Both the position numbers and the translations under genes were made by a program. A stretch of DNA of 54,498 nucleotides from Armatimonadia bacterium (GTDB lineage: Bacteria; Armatimonadota; Zipacnadia; Zipacnadales; UBA11051), in the NCBI GenBank assembly GCA_039683575.1, contig JBDKRC010000113.1:1-54498 (forward strand), read 5' to 3'. Below, piece by piece: positions 7,609 through 16,490 of this stretch; positions within the stretch are counted from its first letter, which is position 1; each line of letters begins with the position of its first letter. Under the pieces are notes generated by a model. That model did no database searches and had not been told where the DNA came from. It saw nothing but the letters and a program-made list of their open reading frames with translations.

Positions 7609-8922
7609 CTACTGTAACCGCTCCTCCATCCGCCCCAAAAGCCTCTCGGCCTCCTGGCGCTCGGCTTCGGAGCCACCGTCGCGAACCGTCTGGAGCGCTG
7701 AGCGCAGGAGCCGGGTCAAACGCTCGATGACCTCACTGCGGCGCGCCCAGGGCTCGAGGCCGAGCAACTCCTCTATCCCCCACGAGGCCAACTGCAGAGC
7801 CTCGCCGTAGTCCTTCTCAGTCACCATTACCCTCGCCTGCGCGACGTGTGAAGTCGCGCAGGCGAGGCCATCGCCATAGCGCGCCGCCAGAAACACCCCC
7901 CGCGCGCTCTTTACGTCATCCACTTCCATTGCCGCGAGCGAGGCGATACCCGCCGCCAGCGCCCCTGCCTGCCCCGTGTGCAGCGCCTCGACCATCTCAT
8001 CCACGGCATCTTCCCAGCGCCCGCTCAAGAGCAGCACGCGTCCTGCCTGCTCGTGCGCCCGCCCGCTCTTGGGCTGGGCCTCCACTGCCCGCTTGGCCTG
8101 CACGAACGCGTCCACCAGATCCCCCCGCCGCAGGCTCACCTCGGACCGGACCAACGCCACTTCGGCGTAGTAGCTCTCATCCTTGGTACGCGCCACCTGG
8201 TCCACCGCCCATGCGGCGGTGTCCGTATCATCATCATTCAGGCTCGCGTTGGCGATGATGCTGTAGCTGCGCGCCTGCTCACTATCCGGAAGAGCGCTGA
8301 CCGCGGCCCGCGCCAGCCGATGCCGCCCTTCCCGCGCCTGCAGCCGCGCATAATCGAGTATCAGTGCCCCGCCATGCGGCACTTCCTGCAATAGCTCGCG
8401 GATCTCGCTCACCGGAAGGCTACCCAACCCCACGCCCGTCGCGAGCCGGTGCAGCAGCACGAGGCGAGGCGAGTGTACTTCCAACTCATCGGCCCGCACA
8501 CATGCTTCCCGTGCCTTGGGCGCGCGGCCAGTGCTCAGATACGACCACGCCAGGGCGCCCCACATGTCCTCGGTGAGGGCAGCCGGCTCTTCTTTGGCCG
8601 CCCGCTCGAAGATCGCAATCGCCTGCTCGTTCTCGCCCGCCAGCGTGTACGCCAGTCCCAGTTGTGCCTTTACCCCTGTCGCCTCCGGCAGTCCCCGATC
8701 AGCTTCGCGCAGAAGCTCGATGGCCAACTCCGGGTTGCCACGTTCGAGAGCCATCCGTCCCTGCAGGTACCGTAGCCACTGTGCAGCCTGCGGGTGCCCC
8801 GGCCATAGCGCCACTGTCAGGCGCAGTAACCGGTGGGCGTGGCCGACACCCCACCGGCCCGTCGAGAGGGACGCGCGGGCCAGTTCGTAGGTGAAGTCGG
8901 CGAGTAGTTGGCGGATAATCAT
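7609..8922 (-). CDS. Tetratricopeptide repeat protein
   Basis: Repeated helical TPR-like units (LGLAYTLAGENEQAIAIFERA, AHEQAGRVLLLSGRWEDA); ATGA overlap with the fumarase beta stop at 8919-8922. Confidence 0.75.
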   Translation of the reverse strand: MIIRQLLADFTYELARASLSTGRWGVGHAHRLLRLTVALWPGHPQAAQWLRYLQGRMALERGNPELAIELLREADRGLPEATGVKAQLGLAYTLAGENEQAIAIFERAAKEEPAALTEDMWGALAWSYLSTGRAPKAREACVRADELEVHSPRLVLLHRLATGVGLGSLPVSEIRELLQEVPHGGALILDYARLQAREGRHRLARAAVSALPDSEQARSYSIIANASLNDDDTDTAAWAVDQVARTKDESYYAEVALVRSEVSLRRGDLVDAFVQAKRAVEAQPKSGRAHEQAGRVLLLSGRWEDAVDEMVEALHTGQAGALAAGIASLAAMEVDDVKSARGVFLAARYGDGLACATSHVAQARVMVTEKDYGEALQLASWGIEELLGLEPWARRSEVIERLTRLLRSALQTVRDGGSEAERQEAERLLGRMEERLQ

Positions 8923-9473
8923 GTTGCGCGGCCAAGCGTGGCATCGCCGGGGAAGGCGCTGCCGCCTGCGGCATCGTAGGCAACGATCAGGGGCAAGTCT
9001 GCTACGACAAGGCGACGCACCGCTTCCGGCCCGAGTTCCGGATAGGCGATGACCTCCGCCTCGATAACACAATCGGCCAGGACCGCACCGGCCCCGCCGA
9101 CGGCGACCAGGTACAGGCAGGTATGCTCGACGCAGGCCCACCGCACCGCCTCATCGCGGTTGCCCTTGCCAATCGTTGCCTTGAGGCCCCGGCTGTACAG
9201 CAGGGGCGTGTATGGATCCATCCGATAGCTGCTGGTCGGCCCCGCCGAACCCAGAGCGCGCCCTGGCGGCGTGGGAGCCGGACCACAGTAGTAGATGACC
9301 TGGCCGCCAAGGGCAAAGGGCGGCTGCTCACCGGCGTCCAGCGCCTGCACAATGCGCTGGTGGGCCGCGTCGCGAGCCGTATACACGACACCTGACAGCA
9401 GCACCTGCTGCCCGGCACGCAGCCCGCGTACAGCTTCATCATCCAGGGGAGTTGTAAGTTTCACTGCTTCCAC
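8919..9473 (-). CDS. Fe-S fumarate hydratase (class I, two-subunit) beta subunit
   Basis: TARDAAH, IYYCGP, SAGPTSSYRMD, IGKG, ELGPEAV motifs; GTG start inferred. Confidence 0.92.
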   Translation of the reverse strand: MEAVKLTTPLDDEAVRGLRAGQQVLLSGVVYTARDAAHQRIVQALDAGEQPPFALGGQVIYYCGPAPTPPGRALGSAGPTSSYRMDPYTPLLYSRGLKATIGKGNRDEAVRWACVEHTCLYLVAVGGAGAVLADCVIEAEVIAYPELGPEAVRRLVVADLPLIVAYDAAGGSAFPGDATLGRAT

Positions 9474-9481
9474 TTGCCGCC

Positions 9482-10324
9482 TCAGATTATTGCAGTCTTG
9501 TGCCGCGCCGCATGGCACTGCACGTTCAGCGCCAACGGCAGGCTCGCGATGTGACAGGGATGCTCCAGAACATGCACCGCCAGCGCGGTCGTGTCGCCAC
9601 CCATGCCCATGGGCCCGATGCCGGTCGCGTTCACCTGCTCAAGCAGTTCACGCTCCAGGCCAGCGACCTCGAGGTCGGGGTTGGGCTGCCCCAGCGGGCG
9701 CAGAAGCGCCTCTTTGGCCATTAGTGCCGCTTTCTCGAACGTACCGCCGAGCCCCACGCCAAGCACCAGCGGCGGGCACGGCTTCCCGCCCGCCTCGCGG
9801 ATGCGGGCGACAATGCTGTCAACAACCCCGGCCCTACCCGCCGAAGGCGACAGCATCCACACCGCGCTCATGTTCTCGCTGCCGCCGCCCTTCGGCGCCG
9901 CGTGAAGGGTCAACTGCTCTCCCTCTACGAGCCGCACGTGCACGATCGCGGGGGTGTTGTCGCCCGTGTTGCTATTGCGCTGCAGCGGGCTTGCGAGGAC
10001 CGACTTGCGCAGATACCCCTCGCCATACGCCTGCCGCACTCCCTCATCCACCGCCTTGTACAGGTCGCCGTCGAGGTGGCAATCCCGGCCGAGCTCGGCG
10101 AAGACCACGGCCAGCCCGCAGTCCTGGCACATCGCCAGGCGCTTCTCGGCCGCGATCGAGGCGTTCTTGATGAGCGTTTCGAGAATACCGCGGGCCAGCG
10201 GCTGGGTCTCGTTGTCCCGCGCACACTCAAGTGCCGCCAGCACGTCTTGGGGCAGGTCAAAATTCGCCTCGGTGAACAGGCGTACCACGGCCGCGGTTAT
10301 GTCCGCGCAGCGAATCTCTCTCAT
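9482..10324 (-). CDS. Fe-S fumarate hydratase (class I, two-subunit) alpha subunit
   Basis: MCQDCG, YLRKSV, NTGDNTPA, KGGGSEN, CPP, GIGPMGMGG, CHIAS, QCHAAR; ATGA overlap with the mdh stop. Confidence 0.93.
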   Translation of the reverse strand: MREIRCADITAAVVRLFTEANFDLPQDVLAALECARDNETQPLARGILETLIKNASIAAEKRLAMCQDCGLAVVFAELGRDCHLDGDLYKAVDEGVRQAYGEGYLRKSVLASPLQRNSNTGDNTPAIVHVRLVEGEQLTLHAAPKGGGSENMSAVWMLSPSAGRAGVVDSIVARIREAGGKPCPPLVLGVGLGGTFEKAALMAKEALLRPLGQPNPDLEVAGLERELLEQVNATGIGPMGMGGDTTALAVHVLEHPCHIASLPLALNVQCHAARHKTAII

Positions 10325-11253
10325 TGCTGCTGTAACCTCTGCCATGCTTGTACCGTCTCGCGCACATGGCCCGCCGAGGCATGCAGAGCGGCTTGCTCTT
10401 CGTCATTGAGCGCTACCTCAATCACACGGTCGAGGCCGTTCTTGCCCAAGATCGTCGGGACGCCCACAAACACATCGTCAAGACCATACTCGCCCTGCAG
10501 TCGCACTGCCGCGGGCAGCAGGCGCTTCTCATCGCGCAGGATGCTGGCTACCATCTGCACCACCGCCGCCGACGGCGCATAGAACGCGCTCCCGGTCTTC
10601 AGGTAGCTAACAATCTCCGCGCCACCATCGCGCGTGCGGCCAACGATCTCCGCCAGGCGGTCCGCCGAGATGAGTTCCGTCACAGGCACGCCGTTCACCG
10701 TCGCATGACGGGGCAGCGGCACCATCGAATCGCCGTGGCCGCCAAGCACCATCGCCCGGACATCCGCCGCCGAGCAGCCGATCTCCATGGCGATGAAGGC
10801 GCAGAAACGCGCCGTGTCGAGTACTCCGGCCATGCCGATGACCCGCTCGCGGGGAAGTCCGGAGACTTCCTGAGCGATATGGGTGGTGACATCCAGCGGA
10901 TTTGACACCATGATGATAATGGCTTCGGGACATACGGCGCTGATGCTCTCGGTAACCTTGGTCACGATCCCGCCGTTGGTCTGCAGCAGGTCGTCACGCG
11001 ACATTCCCGGCTTGCGTGCGATCCCGGCGGTGATGACGACAATGTCCGACCCGGCGGCGCCCTCGTAGCTCTCCCCGCCCTCGATGCGCTGGCCGTGGCC
11101 GATGATCGGCGCGGCCTGCATCATGTCCAGGGCTTTGCCCCGCGCGAGCCCCTCGACGACGTCCACCAGGTATACGTCAGACAACCCGCCCTCTACCAGA
11201 CGCTGCGCGCAAGTTGCCCCAACATGTCCCGCCCCGACGACAGTCACTTTCAT
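10321..11253 (-). CDS. mdh: Malate dehydrogenase (LDH-like)
   Basis: VVGAGHVG, ITAGIARKPGMSRDDL, GMAGVLDTARF, LGGHGD, GGAEIV..LKTGSA; GGAGAGGAG RBS. Confidence 0.95.
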   Translation of the reverse strand: MKVTVVGAGHVGATCAQRLVEGGLSDVYLVDVVEGLARGKALDMMQAAPIIGHGQRIEGGESYEGAAGSDIVVITAGIARKPGMSRDDLLQTNGGIVTKVTESISAVCPEAIIIMVSNPLDVTTHIAQEVSGLPRERVIGMAGVLDTARFCAFIAMEIGCSAADVRAMVLGGHGDSMVPLPRHATVNGVPVTELISADRLAEIVGRTRDGGAEIVSYLKTGSAFYAPSAAVVQMVASILRDEKRLLPAAVRLQGEYGLDDVFVGVPTILGKNGLDRVIEVALNDEEQAALHASAGHVRETVQAWQRLQQQ

Positions 11254-11278
11254 CCCTGCTGCTCCTCTCCGCTGGTTC

Positions 11279-11287
11279 TGCTATAAT
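11279..11287 (+). promoter_or_regulatory. Extended -10 element (TGcTATAAT) just upstream of the 11297 start
   Basis: tgctataat at 11279-11287, 9 nt before the ATG; no RBS on the + strand. Confidence 0.6.
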
Positions 11288-11296
11288 GCCTTCGTC

Positions 11297-12064
11297 ATGA
11301 ACCTGACCGAAGCTCTCATCGCAGTCACTGCTGAAGCAACGCTGCTTTTCCTGCTATCTCGCCTGCTCTTTGGCTGCGTGATATCCTCATTCGCCGACCG
11401 CCGCGGCAAGGGGTTCTCGCTGGCGGTACTGCGCCTGCCCGGCAACTTCGTCCACGAATTCAGCCATTGCCTGGGCTTCTGGCTCTGCGGCTACCGCGTC
11501 AAGCGGATGCTGCTATGCATCTTCGACCCGCAGGGACGCGGTTCCTGCCGCCCTGGCCGCGCCTGGTCACCCGTAACCTTCCCCCAACTCGCCATCGGCC
11601 TGGCAGCGCTGATGCCAATCGTCAGCGGAAGCCTGATCCTGATCCTCACCGCGCGCCTGCTGGGCGTCGGCGAGCATGTGCCGTCCGTCCAGCCCGACCA
11701 GTTGCTGGAGACCATCTGGCAGCACGCCTTCGGCTTCGTCCACGCGCTCAACTGGCAGCACTGGCAGACGTACCTGTTTCTCTACCTGGCCCTCAGCATC
11801 GGCGCGGAGCTCTCCCCCAGCGCCAGTGACCTACGCTACGCCATCCCCACGCTCATTTTCCTGGCCCTCGGCACCTGGCTGTTCTTCTTTGCCCTTGGCC
11901 ACGCCCACAATCTCCAGCACTACCGCCTCACCATGCTGCACTGGCTCCAGGAGAGCCTGCTGCAGCTCAGTTCCGTCCTCGCCGTGGCCCTCGTGATCAC
12001 CGCCGCCGCTGCCGCCCTCACCATCATCCCCGGCCTCATGCTTCAGGCCCTCCGCCGCCGTTAG
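11297..12064 (+). CDS. Multi-pass membrane protein with HExxH motif (M50B-like metallopeptidase)
   Basis: LPGNFVHEFSH zinc motif, several hydrophobic helices, LSPSASD motif. Confidence 0.7.
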   Translation: MNLTEALIAVTAEATLLFLLSRLLFGCVISSFADRRGKGFSLAVLRLPGNFVHEFSHCLGFWLCGYRVKRMLLCIFDPQGRGSCRPGRAWSPVTFPQLAIGLAALMPIVSGSLILILTARLLGVGEHVPSVQPDQLLETIWQHAFGFVHALNWQHWQTYLFLYLALSIGAELSPSASDLRYAIPTLIFLALGTWLFFFALGHAHNLQHYRLTMLHWLQESLLQLSSVLAVALVITAAAAALTIIPGLMLQALRRR

Positions 12065-12158
12065 CGCAAACGGCCACCCTCCGATCTGGCTGATCGTGAA
12101 GTGGCCGTTGCTGTTCAGGAGACGAACGGCTGCAAAGCCGTCGGCCCGTCATAGGCGT

Positions 12159-12842
12159 CTAGTCGTACAGGATGCTGGTCCAGTTGCCCGGGTTGCTGCG
12201 GCCGGGTATGAACTTGGCGTGTCCGTCCGCGAAGCAGACGTTGAAGCCATCGTTGTGCCGCTTGGCGACGCAGGACTGGTTGGTGCTGCTGAGGTCAGTC
12301 TGATCCAGCAGGCGATGGCCGCTGGTGCCGTCCCCGAGAATCTCCCAGGCCAGCGAGTCCACGATCATGAATGTTCCGGCCGGATCCTGGACATTGGCCA
12401 TCGGGGACCGCGGCACCGGGGCGATTGCGACATTGTTGATGTCCACGCTCATGTCGGGCATGGCGTAGGAGGAGATGAGAGGATTCGGGTAGATGAGCAC
12501 GTTGTTGGCGGTCACCAGATTGGGCCGGTAGTCGTAGACAGTGAATGAGCCCGAGGGGCAGACGAACAACTGGTAGTTGTTGACATAGGGCTGCACGAGG
12601 TCTATCCACAGGAATCGCCACGTGTTGTTATTGGCCCAGCGATAGGTCGCCGGGTACTTCTCGTCGTAGTCCTGCGCATACTGCATGCACGCGATGCCCA
12701 TCTGCTTCATGTTCGACAGACAACTGCCCTGACGCGCCTTCTCCCGGGCCTTTGCGAACACCGGAAAGAGAATCGCCGCCAGGATCGCAATGATTGCGAT
12801 TACGACCAGGAGTTCAATGAGTGTAAAGCCCTTTGTCTTCAT
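12159..12842 (-). CDS. Prepilin-type N-methylation / DUF1559 / H-X9-DG domain protein
   Basis: [36 protein letters not shown]-terminus; C-terminal [26 protein letters not shown]. Confidence 0.92.
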   Translation of the reverse strand: MKTKGFTLIELLVVIAIIAILAAILFPVFAKAREKARQGSCLSNMKQMGIACMQYAQDYDEKYPATYRWANNNTWRFLWIDLVQPYVNNYQLFVCPSGSFTVYDYRPNLVTANNVLIYPNPLISSYAMPDMSVDINNVAIAPVPRSPMANVQDPAGTFMIVDSLAWEILGDGTSGHRLLDQTDLSSTNQSCVAKRHNDGFNVCFADGHAKFIPGRSNPGNWTSILYD

Positions 12843-12869
12843 CGAGAATCGGCCTCCCTCTGACTGCTG

Positions 12870-12898
12870 ATAGTATGCTCCTGCCACTATTGCTGCAA
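12870..12898 (-). promoter_or_regulatory. Sigma70-type promoter for the DUF1559 gene
   Basis: TTGCAG-N17-TACTAT on the minus strand. Confidence 0.5.
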
Positions 12899-12967
12899 AA
12901 CGAGCCTGTTTTCGACGTTACCTCCCATGGCACCTGCTACGGGTTGTCGAAATATTGAGAAAGTTTT

Positions 12968-14047
12968 CTACAGCGCGGCGATGATGGCGTCCGCCATCTC
13001 ACTCGTCCCTACGGCCGTCGGGGCATCCCGCTCCGGCTTGAGGTCATAAGTGACGTCTTTGCCCTCGGCAATCACCCTGGCAACCGCGGCCTCCAGCCGG
13101 TCCGCAGCCTCACCCTCACCCAGATGCCGCAGCATGAGCACGCCCGACAGGATCGTCGCCACGGGATTGACCTTATTCAGGCCCTTGTATTTCGGCGCGC
13201 TGCCGTGGGTGGGCTCAAAGACCGCGATTCCCTCGCCCATGTTGGCCCCTGGCGCCACTCCCAGCCCGCCCACGAGCCCGCAGGCCAGGTCGCTGAGGAT
13301 GTCGCCGTAGAGGTTCGGCAGCACCAGAACATCATACAGCTCGGGCTTCTGCACAAGCTGCATGCACATATTGTCAACGATCCGGTCCTCGAACTCGATG
13401 CCGCTGTCGGCATACTCTTCAGCTACTCGGCGCGCCGTGGCCAGATACAGCCCGTCGCTGAATTTCATGATATTGGCTTTGTGAACCGCAGTCACTTTCT
13501 TCCGGCCGTTCGCCTTGGCATACTCAAACGCCCAGCGGACGATCCGCTCGCTGCCTGAGATCGAGATCGGCTTGATGCTGATGCCCGAATCGCGCTTGAT
13601 CTTGGCCCCACTGAGCCGCTCGATGGTCTCAATGGCCTCCAAACACTCCGGCGTACCCTCGGCAAACTCGATCCCGGCATAGAGGTCCTCGGTATTCTCG
13701 CGCACGATGACAATGTCAGCTTCGGGATAGCGGGAGCGCACCCCGGGGTAGTACTTGCACGGCCGCAGGCATGAGAACAGGTCGAGTTCCTTGCGCAACT
13801 GAACGTTCACGCTGCGGAAACCCTTGCCGACGGGCGTAGTGATGGGGCCCTTGATGGCTACCTTGTTGCGCCGAATGGATTCGAGGACCTCAGCCGGGAG
13901 CGGCGTGCCCTTTTCCTCCATCACATCTACACCAGCATGCTGCTCTTCCCAGTCGATTGCCACCCCGGTCGCGTCAACACAGCGGCGCATGGCCCAGGCT
14001 ACCTCGGGCCCGGTCCCGTCGCCCGGGATGAATGTCACTTTGTGCAT
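12968..14047 (-). CDS. icd: Isocitrate dehydrogenase (isocitrate/isopropylmalate dehydrogenase family)
   Basis: [25 protein letters not shown] (isocitrate-type), [42 protein letters not shown]. Confidence 0.88.
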   Translation of the reverse strand: MHKVTFIPGDGTGPEVAWAMRRCVDATGVAIDWEEQHAGVDVMEEKGTPLPAEVLESIRRNKVAIKGPITTPVGKGFRSVNVQLRKELDLFSCLRPCKYYPGVRSRYPEADIVIVRENTEDLYAGIEFAEGTPECLEAIETIERLSGAKIKRDSGISIKPISISGSERIVRWAFEYAKANGRKKVTAVHKANIMKFSDGLYLATARRVAEEYADSGIEFEDRIVDNMCMQLVQKPELYDVLVLPNLYGDILSDLACGLVGGLGVAPGANMGEGIAVFEPTHGSAPKYKGLNKVNPVATILSGVLMLRHLGEGEAADRLEAAVARVIAEGKDVTYDLKPERDAPTAVGTSEMADAIIAAL

Positions 14048-14095
14048 GAAAACCTCCAGCGATCTTCCGTAACCAGGTTCTTATCTAGCTACGTA

Positions 14096-14293
14096 ACTAT
14101 TCAACTGAAACCTTAAATAGGCCTCTTAGCGGCCTCTTTCGCGTGTGCCCCGCTTCGCATTTTCCGACTCCGTGGAAAACCCGAAAACGCCCTGCATGCC
14201 CTCTACGCGGCTCTGAGGCCGATTCCTACCTGTTCACTTTTTTGAGGCCCTTTTGAGGCCCGGAATCGGCACTATTCAACGAATCCCTTAAAT
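14096..14293. repeat. Imperfect direct repeats flanking a ~150-bp intergenic segment with an internal hairpin
   Basis: actattcaactgaaaccttaaat (from 14096) versus actattcaacgaatcccttaaat (from 14271); internal gccgattcc/ggaatcggc and tandem ttttgaggccc. Confidence 0.55.
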
Positions 14294-14335
14294 GGCGGAA
14301 AGTGCCATCCTGAGCCCTCTCAGACGCTCTACGCG

Positions 14336-15520
14336 CTAGGCGAGAGCGTCTTTCAGCCTCTGGACGCCCTTCTCGATCTCACCCATGCTGCAGGCAAAAC
14401 TGAGCCGGATGTAGCCCTCGCTGCCGAACGGTCCGCCCGCGACGGTCGCGATCAGCGCGTTCTCAATGAGGTACAATTCCATGTCAACTGAGGTCTTCAT
14501 TTCCCGTCCACCGAGGGTCCGCCCGAGGTGGGCCGAGATGTCCGGGAAGACATAGAACGCCCCGCCCGGCTTGGCGCACTTCACGCCCTCGATCTCATTC
14601 AGCGCCGGGACGAGGTAGTCTCGCCGCGCGGTGAACGCGGCCAGCATCTCCTGCACCGAGTCCTGCGGCCCCAGCAGCGCCTCAACCGTCGCCCATTGCG
14701 CAATTGAGTTGGGGTTGCTGGTTTCCTGGCTCTGCAGGTTGTCGGCAGCCTTGGCAAAGGCCGGCGGTGCGATCATCCAGCCGATCCGCCAGCCGGTCAT
14801 CGCGTAGGTCTTGGCCACACCGTCGGCGATGATGGTGCGCTCCTTGAGTTCATCGCTCAGGGCCGCGGTTGTCAGGTGCTTGCGCCCATCGTACAGGATG
14901 TGCTTGTAGATCTCGTCCGAAACGATGGTCAGGTCATGCTTGCAGGCCAACTCGCCCAGGCCGGCAATGGTCTTCTGGTCGAAGACCGCGCCGCTGGGGT
15001 TGGAGGGGCTATTGATCAGGATGGCCTTGGTTCGGGCATTGATCGCGGCCTCAACCTGCCCCAAGTCGGGCTGAAAACCATTGTCGCCGCTGGTGGAAAT
15101 CTGCACATGCTTCGCGCCACACAGCCGCACCTGTTCGGGGTAGCTGACCCAGTAGGGCGCAAACATGATCACTTCGTCGCCGGGGTCGAGGAGGGTGCGC
15201 CAGATGTTCATCAGCGCGTGCTTGCCGCCGTTGCTGACCACAATCTGGTTGGGCTCGTACTTGAGGCCCAGATCGCGCTCCTGCGCCGTGCAGATTGCCT
15301 TCTTGAGCTCGGGAATGCCACCCGCCGGCGTGTACTTGGTCTTCTGCTCGGCCATGGCGCGCTGGGCCGCGTCAATGATATTCTGAGGCGTGCCGAAATC
15401 GGGCTCACCGATGGCGAAGGAGAGAACGTCCTTGCCCTCGGCCTTCATCTGTTTGGCTTTGGTGGATCCGGCAATGGTCGGAGACGGCGAGATACCGGCA
15501 ACAAGATCGGAAATCTTCAT
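14336..15520 (-). CDS. aspC: PLP-dependent class I/II aminotransferase (aspartate aminotransferase)
   Basis: IGEPDF, KYTPAGG, SNGGKHAL, PYWVSY, NSPSNPSG, SDEIY, KTYAMTGWRIG. Confidence 0.9.
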   Translation of the reverse strand: MKISDLVAGISPSPTIAGSTKAKQMKAEGKDVLSFAIGEPDFGTPQNIIDAAQRAMAEQKTKYTPAGGIPELKKAICTAQERDLGLKYEPNQIVVSNGGKHALMNIWRTLLDPGDEVIMFAPYWVSYPEQVRLCGAKHVQISTSGDNGFQPDLGQVEAAINARTKAILINSPSNPSGAVFDQKTIAGLGELACKHDLTIVSDEIYKHILYDGRKHLTTAALSDELKERTIIADGVAKTYAMTGWRIGWMIAPPAFAKAADNLQSQETSNPNSIAQWATVEALLGPQDSVQEMLAAFTARRDYLVPALNEIEGVKCAKPGGAFYVFPDISAHLGRTLGGREMKTSVDMELYLIENALIATVAGGPFGSEGYIRLSFACSMGEIEKGVQRLKDALA

Positions 15521-15578
15521 ACAATGACCTCACAGGAGAGCTTAGGGCGACTTGGAAAGCGAGGTAAGTTCAGGGGGC

Positions 15579-16481
15579 CTACAGGCATGCGAGCGCTGGC
15601 TGCGGCAGGTCCTGGCTCAGCAGCTTCAGCTCATCTCTCGCCTCTTCATAGCTGGGGTCGAGCGCGAGCGCCCGGCCCAGCACCAGTCGTGCGGTGGGCT
15701 TACGTCCCAGTCGCGCATAGGCCGCGCCGAGGTGATAGTACATCTCGGCGCTTTCAGCAGGCAAGTGGAGCCTGACCGCCCGCTCCAGGTAGAACGCAGC
15801 GGCGGAGAAATTGCCCAGCTTGTACTCTACCCAGCCCATGCTGTCCACATACGCGGCCTGCTGGGGCTCCATGTTCACGGCAGCATCGACAAGCGACCGG
15901 CCCTGTGGCACGTCCAGGTCGGCAACCGCCCGCACATAGCCGATATTGTTGAGCATCAGCGCATACAACTGTGACGGCATCTGATTGGCCCGCCGCGCCC
16001 GGTTCATCTCCTGCGTAACCTGCTCGAGCAGGTTGGCGCCCTCCTGCCGCGAGCCAGCCATCAGCAGGCTCTGCGCCAGACTCACCCGCGTCAGCAGGCT
16101 CTGGCCCTGCTGGCGACGCAGCCAGGGCAGCGCTTCCTTGTAGGCACGCAGGTTCACGTACAACTGCGCCGCATTCTCGCTCACCAGCGGGTGATTGGGT
16201 GCCAGCGTCGTCGCTCTCGCCAGGTCGGCCAGAGCCTCCTCGCGGCGCACAGGGTTCCCCTCTGACTTCACCTGCGCCGCGCGCACATAGTTCAGCGCCA
16301 CAAATTCGCGCCGCATCCGCCCCACCTGCGCGCCCAACCCGAAAGGCCACAGCGCGCCCCCTATCACCAGTACGCCGCCGATGAAGACCAGCCAGCCCAG
16401 CCTGGCGAGGCGTGGGTCGGCAATTTTGATCAGACCGGCCCCCGGAGGCGCCGGGATACGCATTCTTCGCCTGAACATCAA
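15579..16481 (-). CDS. Membrane-anchored tetratricopeptide repeat protein
   Basis: N-terminal TM helix, then TPR units (LNNIGY, YVDSMGWVEYKLG, YHLGAAYARLG); starts 9 bp after the STAND gene stop. Confidence 0.78.
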   Translation of the reverse strand: MMFRRRMRIPAPPGAGLIKIADPRLARLGWLVFIGGVLVIGGALWPFGLGAQVGRMRREFVALNYVRAAQVKSEGNPVRREEALADLARATTLAPNHPLVSENAAQLYVNLRAYKEALPWLRRQQGQSLLTRVSLAQSLLMAGSRQEGANLLEQVTQEMNRARRANQMPSQLYALMLNNIGYVRAVADLDVPQGRSLVDAAVNMEPQQAAYVDSMGWVEYKLGNFSAAAFYLERAVRLHLPAESAEMYYHLGAAYARLGRKPTARLVLGRALALDPSYEEARDELKLLSQDLPQPALACL

Positions 16482-16490
16482 TCTACTTCC

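Noticed and set aside
11084-11296. N-terminal extensions from the ORF track (this ORF; also 2768, 9141, 25099, 40428 starts)
   Set aside because: They overlap neighbouring genes or REP blocks; downstream starts have better RBS, promoter or coupling evidence.
14093-14120. Chromosomal dif site
   Set aside because: Only the terminal ttaaat matches the XerD arm, the XerC arm and spacer do not match, and there are two copies.
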